Part shown: piece after piece, positions 27,210 to 40,143 of the stretch
Position numbering within the stretch: the stretch's first letter is position 1
Layout of the letters: every line of letters starts with the position of its first letter
NCBI GenBank assembly: GCA_001643675.2
Contig: LSRY02000008.1
Location: forward strand, 248,001-312,000
Direction: 5' to 3'
Length of the DNA: 64,000 bases
Source of the DNA: Monocercomonoides exilis PA203
Taxonomy: Eukaryota > Protista > Preaxostyla
Translations under genes and position numbers: made by a program
Notes under the pieces: generated by a model
Seen by the model: only the letters and a program-made list of their open reading frames with translations
The model's database searches: none
Told to the model about the DNA's origin: nothing

Positions 27210-27667
27210 ATATGTTAAAAATCGATATTTTTGGCAAATAATTGAAATTACAAAGACAATATGGTTCTCCTCATACAAATTTTCATTGTCATTCTTTTCA
27301 AAAAAAGTGTCAAAAAACTGTTCAGGATAATTGTTGAATTAACTTAACAAGAAAAAATAATTGAAATTAAGAAATTAAGAAATAAAGCTATATTTTATCA
27401 AATTTGATTAATACAAACCAATCAAATAAATAAAAGCAGTGACAGAATAAACTTTTTTATTTTTAATTGGAACACACTTGATTAATTCAGACGATGTTCG
27501 TATTTGAACCTTTCAGAAAATTATCAACGGCAGAATAATTCCATTTTGTAAAATTCTCTGTTGAAAAAACCACGAAAAGCTCTTCAAAGGATTGCTTTCC
27601 TTTTTGTGAAATGATGAGAAAAGAAAATTCGAACTATTGAAAAATAAAATATAAAGTTATATTTTCT

Positions 27668-29113
27668 CTAAACATTCACAAAATAGTCTGCAATGTCCGA
27701 TGAAAATGAATAATAATAATATTCATAGGAAAGAAAGTCAAGCAGTTTATTTAAGCTTGTGATGATATCTTCGTATCCTTCTTCTTCCATCTTTTCGAAC
27801 ATTTTCATTTTCATCTCTTTCCTTTCCTCCTCTTTCACTTTTTCCTCCTCCTCTTTTTCATCTTCTGTTTTGTACAATCCACTTGAAATAATATCAAAAC
27901 ACTCCAAGAATCCACTTGTTATTTCGTCATTCAACGTTGGTCGTTGAAACTCCTCCAAAACAACATCAACAGCTCCTCCTTTTAACAAGTCTTCAATTTT
28001 CACAACCCTATTATCTGCTATTTCTTTCAATAAATGAATGCATTGAAGGCTCACTTCTCTGTTATTATCCTTAGCTGCCAGAAATACCCGAACAATACTG
28101 TTTAAAAGTCCGACAAATTCTTCATTCCACATTGTGCAATAGAGAAAATAACGTTCCAAGGTATTTAGCCATCTCAATAAAACAAGCTCTTTTTTTGTCT
28201 CTTTTTCCTCTTTCTCCGCTTCTTTCTCTCTCTTCCTATTCACACTTTTCATCAGCTCTTCCAATTCTCTTTCCGCCTCCCTTAAGAAATGCAGCTCATC
28301 AACAATTACTCCTTCAAAGCTTTTGTAGTATGGCAATCCGTTTATCAAAAACTGCCAAGATGATTGACATGCAAGTCGTGTAAGATTGTGATGCTTTTGA
28401 TGATATTGAATGACCTCCTTGATTTCATTGATGAAAAGTTCTTGCTCCACTTCCTAATGAAAAAATAAGGAATGAAAAATCAATAATATAAAATAAGGAA
28501 ACAGAAATGTTCACACTCCATATCCAAATCCACTCAAAGCCAGCAAAACTATTTCCACTTCTTTTTGTGCCTCTTCGTTTTCTTCTTTATTCAGTGCAAC
28601 TTTCAAAAGGCAAGACACGCCAGTTGAAAGCAATTCCTCAGAAGCCCACCTGTTCAACAAAAGATAGCATTCACAAAGATCAATCAGAAGTTTTTCATTC
28701 TTCTCCTCTTTTTTCTTTTCTTCTTCTATTATCATCTTCTCAAATCTTTTGTCCAACGAAGATTCTTTAAAATGATTGTTCCAAATATGTTTCAATACTT
28801 TGCAATGTCCAATATGCTTCAGCACCAAAATTGCATTTTCCAAAGATAATTTCTTTTCTTCAATCATTTCGTGTATTTTGTTGAATAGATCTGTTTTAAA
28901 AAAAGCATATAATTCTTCTTTATTCATTTCATCAATGACTCTTTTCATTTCTTCTATTTTGACTTTCTGCTCAACTTCGGTGCAATCTTCAAGCTCTGAA
29001 AGCAATCCTTCAATAAAAAAGAAAAACAAAGAAAAAAATCATTGCAAACAAGAATTCAAAAGCAACCACGACTGCTTACCATTGAACTTTTTTGTGTTGT
29101 CCATGCCCTGCAT
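27668..29113 (-). CDS. Lineage-specific helical (ARM/HEAT-like) multigene family protein 'ELEDC', 3 exons (29113-29080, 29007-28517, 28453-27668), ~436 aa
   Basis: GT-AG introns restore one frame (1311 nt). Intron positions and phases are the same in all three paralogues. Conserved motifs include SLENAI, KNEKLL.DL, HHNLT and DLLKGGAV. Confidence 0.8.
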
Positions 29114-29165
29114 TTTTTAAAGTTCATTGTGTCCAGAACACAATGCAGTTTTGCCATTCACATTG
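29114..29165 (-). promoter_or_regulatory. Conserved upstream motif of the ELEDC family (aatgtgaa[tc]ggcaaaact...tg[tg]ttctg...aaaaATGCAG)
   Basis: Found at the same distance from the ATG in all three paralogues, including the copy outside the duplication (46789-46840; 58338-58389). Confidence 0.5.
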
Positions 29166-29889
29166 AAAACGAGAATGTTTGGGCAGAAGAAATTTGCGAA
29201 AAATATTAACACAAATGGAAGTCAAAGTGCGTGCACTCACACCGACATCCTTCGTATATTATCTTTGGCAAGTAATTTCGAAGAAAAATAGAAGTTTTGT
29301 GTTCTTTCTTTTATTTGTTATGGATTCACTGATTGAAAAGCATTATTTGAACTGGAATATCAATTTGCAAAATGAAAGTTGACGAATGAATTCATACTGC
29401 GGAATTTAGAAATATTATTTCCAGTAGAAACTGCAGGCAGTGATGGCAGTGCACAAATATTGAAATTCTGTCAGTTGATTTTTGGTAATTGGATGGAAAA
29501 AGGAAATCCAACAATTTAATTCATAACACAAAAGACGTTGTGTATGTGCTTTTTATTGTTCTTTTGATTGTGAAGATATTTTCATCTGTATCCTCTCTAA
29601 AGTCGTGATTCAGACAATTTATTTGAAAAAGTCAGTTTATTCGTTATTTTGGAAAACAGGGAAGAAGAGATCCAAACACAATCTTACAAATATATTAGAG
29701 CCTGGATATTTTTTGTTACGAATGTTTATGTTACTTATTTTTGACTCAACATGCGCGATGCATCGAAAAACGATGAAAAATGAATTTTGATGGAGCAGAA
29801 ATCAACGGGGTTAGAAGATGTTCAAGACTAAAAAGGAAGAATGATCAATCTCTCTGAAAAGGAAGCGATTTTTGAAGAGAAAGGAGATA

Positions 29890-30050
29890 TTTTCAAACTC
29901 ATTTGTTGGAGAGATTGGGGCAGATGACTGAAACAGGAGATTGGCAGCAGCTACAGCAGAACAAGGCACATTTCTTCGTATCGAAAGGAAAGAACATTGC
30001 TTTTATGGACTTAGGAGAGGGATGGAACTGAATTTGATTCCTTGACTTGA
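29890..30050 (+). pseudogene. PROPPIN (ATG18/WIPI-like) WD40 remnant; second copy ~57460-57620 on the minus strand
   Basis: QTH...TETG/RLAAATAEQGTFLRI...FYGLRRG resembles AH...G.LLATASEKGTLIRV...[FL]RRG; flanked by a frameshift and stops. Confidence 0.5.
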
Positions 30051-30699
30051 GAGCCACAAATACGAGTTAATCTGTCATTTTGGCGTTATACAGGCAGCTG
30101 GAGGCAAATGACAGGTTTCATGGATTAGTCATTTTGCTATCGCCGTTGGAATTATATCATTGAAATATTATCCACAAGGGCAAAGAACGAGGTTGCAATG
30201 CTGAGAATATCCTCCAACAGAAGATATCCGATACTTGAGATCTTAAGTGCGTCTTCTTCTTCAACAACGCCATTGTCATCATCTTCTCCTTCTTCACCTT
30301 CTTATTCTTCTTATTCTTCTTCACCTTCTTCACCTTCTTCACCTTCTTCACCTTCTTCACCTTCTTCTTCTTTCCATGTGTTTTGCTCAGATATATATGT
30401 TAAAGAAAGTTATTCTTTTTTTGGGATTGAAGAAATGTTATTTTCATTCGAAAAACTTTTTGAATGAAAATGTGCGCTTTTCGAAATAGGAGCGAGAGAG
30501 AGAAGGGGAAAGAAGATATTGAGGACGAAGAAGTAGAAGAGGAAGAGGAGGAAGAAGAAGAAGAAGATGATGATGAGAAAGAGGAAGAGGAAGAATAAGG
30601 AAAAAAGAAGACTTTTGTGATGAGAAAGACGAAGTTGATGAAAAACTGGGGAGGTGAAACCGAAGAGTCAATCACGCCCAATGCTCACTCAAAGGATAG

Positions 30700-31050
30700 G
30701 AGCATGTTGTTGATCTCCGTCTCTTGTTTTCACTCATAACTTGTTTTTTTTCACTGCGAAGAAGAAGAAGAAGAAGAAGAAGGTAAAGAAGAAGAGGAAG
30801 AAGAAGATGATGATTGTTATGAAACAGATGGCAAGACAGAAATACTTCTCCCTCTCCTTTTCCCCTCGCCATATCCTCGTGAATCTTCTCAACGTTCTGC
30901 CCATCACATTGAGGCAACCGAAAAGCAGATCTCAATTTTTTCATCATTCCTCCAAAACTGCATTGCAACAAGCTCTGCCAGCATCATCGTCATCCAAAAC
31001 ACCATCAGCTGCCCTTCTTTCTTTTGCGCCTTCGGCTGTTCAGCTTCCAC

Positions 31051-31081
<31 letters not shown>

Positions 31082-32548
31082 CAAACAGGCACATATCGCT
31101 TCGCCTCCACCTCTGCCAATACCCTCCCACAGACATCATTAAAAGCATACACACCTGGTTGTCCAGCACCTTCATCAGCAGCTCAAAATGTTGGCGTTTT
31201 CTCTCTTTTCAATCGGATTGTTCTCTGAAGGAAACAGAAGCGCACTCAAATTATCTTCTTTGCACACGCACGCACGCACGCACACACACACACACACACA
31301 TCTGGATGGCTTATGAACAGCATGAAGAAGTCGTGGCAAAGACATGTCTCCAGCACAGATGCGAAGGAAAAGACAGAGAAAACAAAAGCAGCTTGCATTC
31401 ATCACAGAAGATCCTCAACGGCAACACAGGGTGTGTCTGTGGAGTCTACCAATGGAACACACAGAAAAGAATTCGCCTTCGAACACGATGACTCAACCAG
31501 CCGCCAACAATGGCGATGAAGACGATGAAGAGGAAGAAGAGGAAGATGATGAAGACGATGAAGACGATGAAGAAGAAGAAGACGATGAAGACGATGAAGA
31601 AGAAGAAGACGATGAAGACGATGAAGACGATGAAGAAGAAGAAGACGATGAAGACGATGAAGACGATGAAGACGATGAAGACGATGAAGACGATGAAGAC
31701 GATGAAGACGATGAAGACGATGAAGACGATGAAGACGATGAAGACGATGAAGACGAAGAAGCAAATGGATCACCAGAACATGTGGCATCATTCATTGAAT
31801 TTATCTCCATTTTCTGCTTATCTTCTTTTGTCCTGTTATTATTCAGCAGAAACTCCAGAAACACAAACACATCAGCCACTCCCATCTTTGGCTGCATCTT
31901 CTCAGACTCTCCAAATAACATCTTGATTTTCTTCTCCTCTGCCCTTTCAAGCGCCGTGTCGAAGAACAAGAAGAACGAATGCCTCATCTTTTTTGAACTC
32001 CTTCCTCACAAGATACACAAACAGCCACATCTGTGCAAAGTTCAACAAGAAAAGCTTCTCTCCCCTTGTGTATTATCACATTTCAGACTGATTTGCTCTT
32101 CTTCTGCTTCTCGGCCATCTTCTTGAATACCTCCTTCTTCTCGCTTATTGTCTCTTGTTGCACTTTCGACAGCACCATCAGCATCTTCGCTTCCTTCTGC
32201 ATCCTGTTCATCTTCTGCCTCACAGTTCCCTAACCACTCCTCCTTCTCCTTCTTTCTCCTTCATCTCTTTCATCTTCATCATCTCAATTATCTCCACCAT
32301 CTTCATCATCTTCTTCTCCTTCTCCTTCTCCTTCTTCACCTTCTTCTTCTTCTTCTCTTTGTTGTTCTTCTCGCTCAGCTGTGCCATCTTCCTCTGCAAC
32401 ATGAATGTGATCTTCCTCTTCTCCTTCTTCTTCATCTGCTCATCTGACTTGATTGTCTGCTTCGATATAATTTCGTCTTCTTTTAATCTTTTGCATCAGA
32501 ATGTAATCTCCAAACACATCCTTTTCTTCTTCTTTTCTTTGTTCTTCT

Positions 32549-32580
<32 letters not shown>

Positions 32581-32620
32581 TTCCTGTTAATCTGTTTCTT
32601 CTTCTTTTCAGTTGTCCAAG
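30700..32620 (-). pseudogene. Decayed low-complexity gene of unknown family (twin at ~54780-56730 on +)
   Basis: Fragmented Lys-rich/Ser-rich frames, with similar breaks in both arms. Confidence 0.4.
31516..31760. repeat. (GAAGACGAT)n 9-bp minisatellite
   Basis: Direct reading; the twin is longer. Confidence 0.9.
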
Positions 32621-33196
32621 TGAATGAATGAATGAATATTTGTCCCTTCGATGTCTTCTGCCACACCCTCAGACACTCACACACTTAACTGTTGCTGTGG
32701 CTGATACAAATGAATGCATCCCTGAAGAGATTTGAAATGTGAATGAAAAAATAAAAAATAAAAAAGAAATGAGTTGGTGAAAAGAAATGACTGAATTCAA
32801 TTTTTCGAATGTTTCTTAAAATCTTTGTTCAAAAGCAAAAGAGCAGAAAATATAAGACTCAACATAATTTCACAGGTTTGCTATTTTCCACAACTTGGCT
32901 TTTCATTTTCATTCACTTATAATTTGTTAAACGAACGTCAAATGAAATAAAAATATGAATAATCAATATTAAAATTTTTTTCTGTTTTGAAAAAAATGTT
33001 TGAATAACAAAATGCAACACTGCCAAAAATCATGCAATCGCTTTATGCTCATTTTCTTATTTATTTAAAAAATAAGTTTATTTCTAAATATTACAAACAT
33101 TTATGATCATATATATAATATTTATTTCAAATAATATTTTTTAACGATTGAAATTTTTTCTGCTTATATTGCAGGACGAGCAGCAAAACCGAAGTG

Positions 33197-35392
33197 ATGA
33201 GCGGTAAAATAAGATATACAACAGATATGCAAAAATTGGAAAGTTATCCATTGATAAGGGACAAGGATGGAAGAACAGAAGCAATGCGATGGATTGCTGA
33301 GAAGAAGACAGAACCTTTAGAGTGGATAAGACACAACAGCACGCTTTCTGACGAGAATGGTTGGACATTGGCAATGCTGTGGATTGGATATGTTCATACA
33401 GAACCACCACTGTGGATGAGACATGAAATAACGCTTCATGATAAAAAAGGTTTGACAATGGCGATGAATTGGATTTATAATGTTAAAACAGAACCGCCAG
33501 TCTGGATGAGGCACAACATCACCCTTGGTGAAAAGAATGGATTCACAATGGCCATGTTATGGATTATCTGTGTTAAAACAGATCCTCCAGAATGGATGAG
33601 ACATAATATTACACTTAGCAACAAATTTGGGTCAACCATGGCCATGCTATGGATTAATAATGTCAAAACAGAACCACCGGAATGGATGAGACATGATAAT
33701 GCATTTCGCAACAATTATGGTTTAACAATGGCTATGATATGGATTCAAATTGTTCAAACCGATCCACCGAAATGGATGAGGCACCGCAATTCACTTAGAG
33801 ACAAGAAAGGATGGGCAATGGCAGATCATTGGAAAATATATGTTAAAACTGAATTTCCAGAATGGATGGCATTTGATGAAACATTGAAAGATGAAAATGG
33901 ACAAACACCGGGAATGAGGTGGATTATTGAGAACAAAACAGAGCCACCAAATTGGATGAGACATAACATCACACTTGCCGATAAGATTGGACGAACAATG
34001 GCAATGCACTGGATCCAATCTGTAAAATCAGAGCCACCTGAATGGATGAGGCATGATATTGAAGTTGCAGACAAGAGCGGAATAACAATGGCCATGCTGT
34101 GGACTCAATTCGTCCAAACAGAACCGCCTTTATCAATAAGGCATATCATTACACACAAAGACAACAAAGGAGAAACAATGGCAATGAAGTGGATTCAACA
34201 TGTCAAGACAGAACCTCCAGAATGGATGAGACATAACAACGAAATTGCTGATAAAGAAGGACGAACAATGGCAATGCATTGGTTAAAGGAAGTCAAGACA
34301 GAACCTCCCTTATGGATGATAATGGATAACACACAAAGCAAGAAGGATGGGAGGACATTATCGATGAAGTGGATTGAGGAGAAAAAAACAGAACCTCCTG
34401 AGTGGATGAGGCATAGCATTACGCTTGTGGATGATAACGGAATGACGATGGCAATGTACTGGATAAAACATGCAAAAACAGAACCGCCAGAATGGATGAG
34501 ACACGGTATTACACTTGATGATAAGAATGGAGAAACAATGGCCATGAAGTGGATCATTCATATCAGAAAAGAGCCTCTTCAATGGATGAGGCATAATGCC
34601 ACATTTTCTGATAAGAGCGGAAGGACGATGGCCATGCTGTGGATTAAATATGTCAAAACAGAGCCACCAGAATGGATGCGACACGATATAACACTTCGCA
34701 ACAATAACGGATGGACAATGGCTATGATATGGATTCAAGACGTTAAAACAGAGCCGCCAGAATGGATGAGACATGATCCTGTATTTGCTGATAAGGATGG
34801 GTGTACAATGGCCATGCACTGGATAAAGGAAACCAAGACAGAGCCACCAGTCTGGATGAGACATAAAGTTACATTTCCTGATAAAAATGGAAGAACAATG
34901 GCCATGCACTGGATAAAGCTAGTTAAAACAGATGTTCTGAAGTGGATGAGGCACGAGAATACGGTTACAGACAATAATGGAATTACGATGGCCATGCGAT
35001 GGATAGAAAATGTGAAGACAGAGCCACTAGAATGGATGAGACATAGCAATGAAATCACAGATAAAGTTGGACGAACAATGGCGATGAAGTGGATTCAGTT
35101 TACTGAAACAGAACCGCCAGAATGGATGAGACATAAAAATGAATTTAAAGATAAGGATGGAAAAACAGTGGAAGAATATTGGGAAAGATATGTTAAAAGC
35201 GAGGTACCGGAATGGATGAAGTGTGATGAATTAATTTCCACTGATGAAGCTCTTGATGAAATTGATGTTGAAGTTTCAAGTGAAACTGATGATGAAGGGA
35301 TGACAGAGATAATGGATTTGATCAAAGAAATGTTACAAAAGCATCAGAACAGAAGTGGAAAGAAAATTCACTTGAAGATGAAGATCGAATAG
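33197..35392 (+). CDS. 30-aa ankyrin-like tandem-repeat protein (WMRH family), 22 units
   Basis: Intact 2.2-kb ORF. The ATG shared with the inverted twin is at 33227 (MQKLES). A possible acceptor (attgcag) at ~33173 suggests an upstream exon. Confidence 0.85.
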   Translation: MSGKIRYTTDMQKLESYPLIRDKDGRTEAMRWIAEKKTEPLEWIRHNSTLSDENGWTLAMLWIGYVHTEPPLWMRHEITLHDKKGLTMAMNWIYNVKTEPPVWMRHNITLGEKNGFTMAMLWIICVKTDPPEWMRHNITLSNKFGSTMAMLWINNVKTEPPEWMRHDNAFRNNYGLTMAMIWIQIVQTDPPKWMRHRNSLRDKKGWAMADHWKIYVKTEFPEWMAFDETLKDENGQTPGMRWIIENKTEPPNWMRHNITLADKIGRTMAMHWIQSVKSEPPEWMRHDIEVADKSGITMAMLWTQFVQTEPPLSIRHIITHKDNKGETMAMKWIQHVKTEPPEWMRHNNEIADKEGRTMAMHWLKEVKTEPPLWMIMDNTQSKKDGRTLSMKWIEEKKTEPPEWMRHSITLVDDNGMTMAMYWIKHAKTEPPEWMRHGITLDDKNGETMAMKWIIHIRKEPLQWMRHNATFSDKSGRTMAMLWIKYVKTEPPEWMRHDITLRNNNGWTMAMIWIQDVKTEPPEWMRHDPVFADKDGCTMAMHWIKETKTEPPVWMRHKVTFPDKNGRTMAMHWIKLVKTDVLKWMRHENTVTDNNGITMAMRWIENVKTEPLEWMRHSNEITDKVGRTMAMKWIQFTETEPPEWMRHKNEFKDKDGKTVEEYWERYVKSEVPEWMKCDELISTDEALDEIDVEVSSETDDEGMTEIMDLIKEMLQKHQNRSGKKIHLKMKIE

Positions 35393-38300
35393 GAAGGGAA
35401 TAATGAAGATTTATTATTTGAAGCGAGATCCATTGCCATCACGAATGAAACAATGCATTTCAGCTGAAGACGAAGGCGAGAGGGCGAGAGTTGAATTAGA
35501 TGCACCAGAAATGGAAGAAGGCTGATAATACCGCAAGAGTGATTGAATCATTTGCATTGAAGATATTATTTCTGAAGCATTAAACAAACGAACCGACTGA
35601 TTTGCATGTGTGCAAATTAAGGCTGTTTAGCAACATTTCTTAATTCATGACTTTTCTTTCTTTCTTCTCTCTTTCTTTGAAGTTGGTTTTGTTCTATTGG
35701 CAGATGGTTGGACGTGCTTCAAAGATATCTCATTTTGATGTCCTTTCGATTTGCTTTCGATTGTTTTTTCATTTCAGCAGAACAATTGAAGCTGTTCATT
35801 TCAAAGTTTTTATTTTTGCTTATTTTTCAAAATATATCTTTTCAATTTTTATTTGATTTTGTAAATAATGAAAGAAAATCTCAATTCAAATCATCTTGTT
35901 TTCTTTTTATTTTTCTTTTTATTTTTTCTTTTTTCCAATTTGTCAATGTGACCGAAAATTCACTTTGGCATTTTGAAAATGAAATGAGCATTTCTGTGAT
36001 TTTGGAGTTGAGAGAACTGTTGTTTTTGGTTGTTGTGCTTTGACGATTTTGTTGCAGCCATTTTGATCAGATTCAACAGTTGCGATTCAGTTAATTATTG
36101 GCTCAAGTTTGTTCATTTTTTGGAATTGAGAGTGTTTCGTTGCTGTCTTGCAAAATACACAGAATATTCACAAAGACAACATGAACTTTGACGTTCAGAT
36201 GTTTCATTTGATTTCACACGAAGTCACAATTTCTGAGAAAGACATAACAAACATCTGTCAGTGTCACATTAATGATTTATAAAAAAAAAAGCTTCGAAGA
36301 AATATACATTTTTCTATCGCATTGACAAATCACATTACACAATAATATGTGTGGAAAAAATAAAATTGATTATTAAAATAGGAAATTCTTTTGTGAAATA
36401 GACTCCATTGGTGTTGTTGAAAACTCATTTATTGAAGTGTGAGAAATTCTCTTCAAACATATCTGAATGACAAAAATCAGAGTTCGAATCGAATTTTTTC
36501 TCTTTCGAATTGTGGAAGAAGGCAAACAGATGAAGAGAAGAAAACCTCGAGGAGAGAGCGTGAATGATTCCATGAAGAAGACTCGTGAACTGTTTGAGAT
36601 GGAAACTATGGAAATGCCATTGAAGAAAGGAGAAAAATAAATGGATCAATCACAATCATCTGAACATCTTTTCTGCTGAACAATGTTCAGCTGGATGCAT
36701 TTTTAGCCAAATGTTCAGACATGAATCTTTTGATGAGAATTGGAAAAGATTTTCTTTTCCATTCACTTCAACAACAGAAACAGAATCTTCATTTGCCATG
36801 CAGGAGAATTTATATCCAACCACTTCATTCGTGTTGAATCTGATTTTACCAATCACTTGAATGTGGATTTGAGGGGTTCGCTGTTTCTGTTGTTGGGTGG
36901 AAGAAACGAGATGAATGAAACGAAAACAGCTGTTCAATTCCCATTTGTGGTGGGAAATAATATCTTCCATTCATTTCACGAAGACAAAGAATAATCTTCA
37001 ATGACTTATCAATATTCTCACACTTCATAATTCTCTGAGCATGCGATGTATTCATCCATCTCTTCATCAACAGCCATGCCATCCATGAGTGATCATGAGG
37101 AGGAGGACGAAATCCTTCTGCCCTCATCAGTATTTGAGGTGAAAGATGCCAGAGCTGGTGATGGGAATGAAGATGTGAATAACAAAGGAGGATGTGATAT
37201 GCTCAATCTGGACAATCCTTTCAGAGCATTTGATGCTGCTTGTTCACTTTTGTGGGAGAAATGTTGGCAGATACGCTCCATCTTTTATTCGTGTCTGTTC
37301 TGTTGTTGACTTTGGTGCTCAATCTGGCCAACGAATTAATAAACAAGAAATATGGAAAATTATCGTCTGCACAACTGATCCAACCATTTCCTTCTTTTCT
37401 CCTTCAAACGCCTCTTTCTCTTCGCCATGTTTTTTTTCCTTCTTCTTTTGTCTTCTATTTTTTCATCTTTATCTCCTTCGCTTTTTCGGTTCTTCCACAT
37501 ATTCGTTTATGAGTGCATGAATTTCTGTGGTTGCATCTCTGCTGCAATCATTATCTCTCACAGTCCTGACTCCAGTTTCTGCCTCTCTTCATTCCTCTGA
37601 GGAGGCTTCTCTTTCACTTTCATTTTCTACGGCTCATCACCCCTCATTGCAGATGCGATCATTCTTTCCATTCTTCTTCTTCTTCACATCCTTCCTTCTT
37701 CTTCATATCCTTCCTCTGTTTCTAACTTCAATCTTTTCAACTCTCTCTTCTTCTCATTTTGTTTTCTTCCTCCAACAATCCTATTCCAAAGCCATTTCCA
37801 TTCCCTTTCTTTTCCGATTCTCTGGTCGCCTCTCTCACCAAGCACAGCCGCTCTGCAACGGTCTCTTCCAAATATTTTTCATTGAATCATCTGTTCACAA
37901 AAAATATCCTCAATTAAGCAAACAATGCCAAGCTCAGTGTGGCCGAGGCGCTTCTGATGACGTCTCGTTCAATGCCATCATTTTGAAGAAACCTAATTAA
38001 TCAACACAAAAAAATAAAAAAAAATATTGCAATCATCAATTATGAAACAAGTGAAATAGTACATTCTATTTATCAGCGTCACACAACCTCAAAACAGTCC
38101 TTTCCGCTTTTTGACGTTTATTCAAGCTATTTTTCAACAAATTGCAAAGGCAATCATTCAATGAAAAACATCATTCGAAAAGAACAATCAGTGATTTTTC
38201 ATCCTTCTCTTCTTCATCAACAATCATCTTTCCAATTTTTCCACTTACTGAACGATTTACAAAACCATCTATCCTTATCCCATTCAGCTCTTTGCAATAA

Positions 38301-38842
38301 CTCAAATGCTTCAACTGCTGCGCTGAATTTTCCATTGTTGTTTTCTTTTCTCCATTTGAAATTATCCATTTTCGTTTGTAAAGCATTTCAGTAATCAAAA
38401 CAGGCACAAATTGCTCTTCTTCTTCCATTTTCTGTTTCTATTCTTTCTCATCCCCGTGCGCCAGCTCATTTATCTTATCTTCAAAAAAACAAGCAAAGAG
38501 AGACAGAGAGAAATATCATCCCAATCATCACGAATTCGAGGGAAGCAATGTTTCCAAACCGGTGAATGCTTTTAACACGCCCTTCTCCTGCATTTTTGCA
38601 AATCCACAGAAACACAGAAGCCATCCCCAATTTCTCATTCGCATTCAACAAGAACATCCTTCAAAGGCGGAAACAACAAAAAATAGAAAACACAAAATAG
38701 TCATGAAAATATATGCATTCACGTCATCAAACTGAATAATGACATTTTTGGCAAGATATTTCACAGAATAAAACAATGATTTAACTTTTCAAGTTTATTG
38801 TTATGGATGATCTGATCGAGTTTTTTTCTTTGAACGAAATTA

Positions 38843-38992
38843 AGCATTGGAAAGATGATAGATCGGCAAACGTATATTTTCTGCAGGATAGGCGATATTA
38901 TTTTGTGCGTTGGAATGAAACAGCAACGACGGGGAAATGATGATAAAATTGGTGGAGATGTTTCATATGAAACGCATAATTGAAGGAAATTC
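38843..38992 (+). repeat. ~150-bp dispersed direct repeat; second copy ~47034-47182
   Basis: Shared ttggaaagatga..tattttctgcag..ggcgatattattttgtg..gacggggaa.tgatgat..ttgaaggaaat. Confidence 0.75.
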
Positions 38993-40143
38993 ATTTTCCA
39001 AAATAACATATGAAAGGGTTATTGCACTATATACGACAGTTAATAAAAATTTGTGAGGATGATTATAACGTTATTGTTAACTGTTTCGTTAAGTTATTAT
39101 GTCTTTCTTTTGTGCTGAAATTTTTATTTTAATTAAAATGCAGAGCATTTTAATCTTCGAGAAAATTATCAATTCAATTTCTTCTCTTCAAATTTGAGAG
39201 AAGTCACTTTGATGGGGCATGTTTCTTTCGCGATCAAAATGAATAGCGCCTCCCAACCTCCAATAGCTACCAGAATTGCGCTTTTAACTGAACAAGCAAC
39301 ACTTGGAAGTGGGCCAACAATTTCCGCAAGCAATGATATAGCTCCGCCACCAATTGCCCCTTCTATCTTCACGCTGCCTCCGCAAAATGTTGATCAGAGC
39401 CACGAAGGAAGAATAGAAGAGGAAAATGACGGAGAAGGTGCTAAAGAAGAAATAGATACGATGGATGATATTTTAACAGCAATTTGCTTAACAGATCCAA
39501 CAGTTTCCCTCTTTGATTTAAAGTTATCAAGATCTGAATTGGAAGAGGTTGCACCATTTTTCAACGAGCTTGATTTAATCCTGTAATTAGCAAGAGCCAA
39601 CCAGCAGCAGTTAGGTCACAATTCTGGTATCGCGACGCATTGGACAAGGCAGGCGAGCAGTTCGAAAGTAATTAATTTCCAGCTTACAAGTCAATGTTAT
39701 TATCCATTCAGAACATAATGCTGAAACAAGATTTTGCTAGTGAGATGACAAAAGATGCGTTGTTACTAATGACTCAGACAATTCAAGAAGCCAGAAGAGC
39801 TCGGATACAAGGCAGATATTGGTTTTCAGCAGCGAGAAAGATGGAGGCAGATACGACGGGAGGTTTATTAACAAAGAGGCAGCAAGACCTTTTGGAGGAG
39901 GTTCGTATTGAACAGAAGCAAATCCAAAAGGCCACAGAGGCGATTAATTGCAAGAGAACAGATAACGTTGGAAGATCATTATTCAAAACAACGCAGGCTA
40001 AGGGCTCCAGCAGGAAGATGTTTTTTAGAAGTTTGCCCCGGACGCCTCGAAGTCAACTCACTTTTCGAAACTCCTTAAAGAAGGTCAGCGGAGACTTGGA
40101 GCAGGGGAGTTTCAGGGCCTTCCGAGGGAGGAAAGAAATATAA

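Larger units (their letters stand above)
23245..36700. repeat. Left arm of a large inverted segmental duplication
   Basis: Colinear reverse-complement match to 51080-64000, e.g. 23245 aaaagaggcagttgtctg = revcomp of the window end, and 36630-36700 = revcomp of ~51080-51150. The outer boundary is limited by the window edge. Confidence 0.95.

Noticed and set aside
33197-35392. 90-bp periodic conserved blocks as a CRISPR array or TALE-like code
   Set aside because: The 'spacers' are homologous coding sequence in one frame and no cas genes are present. Variation is spread over many positions rather than one di-residue.
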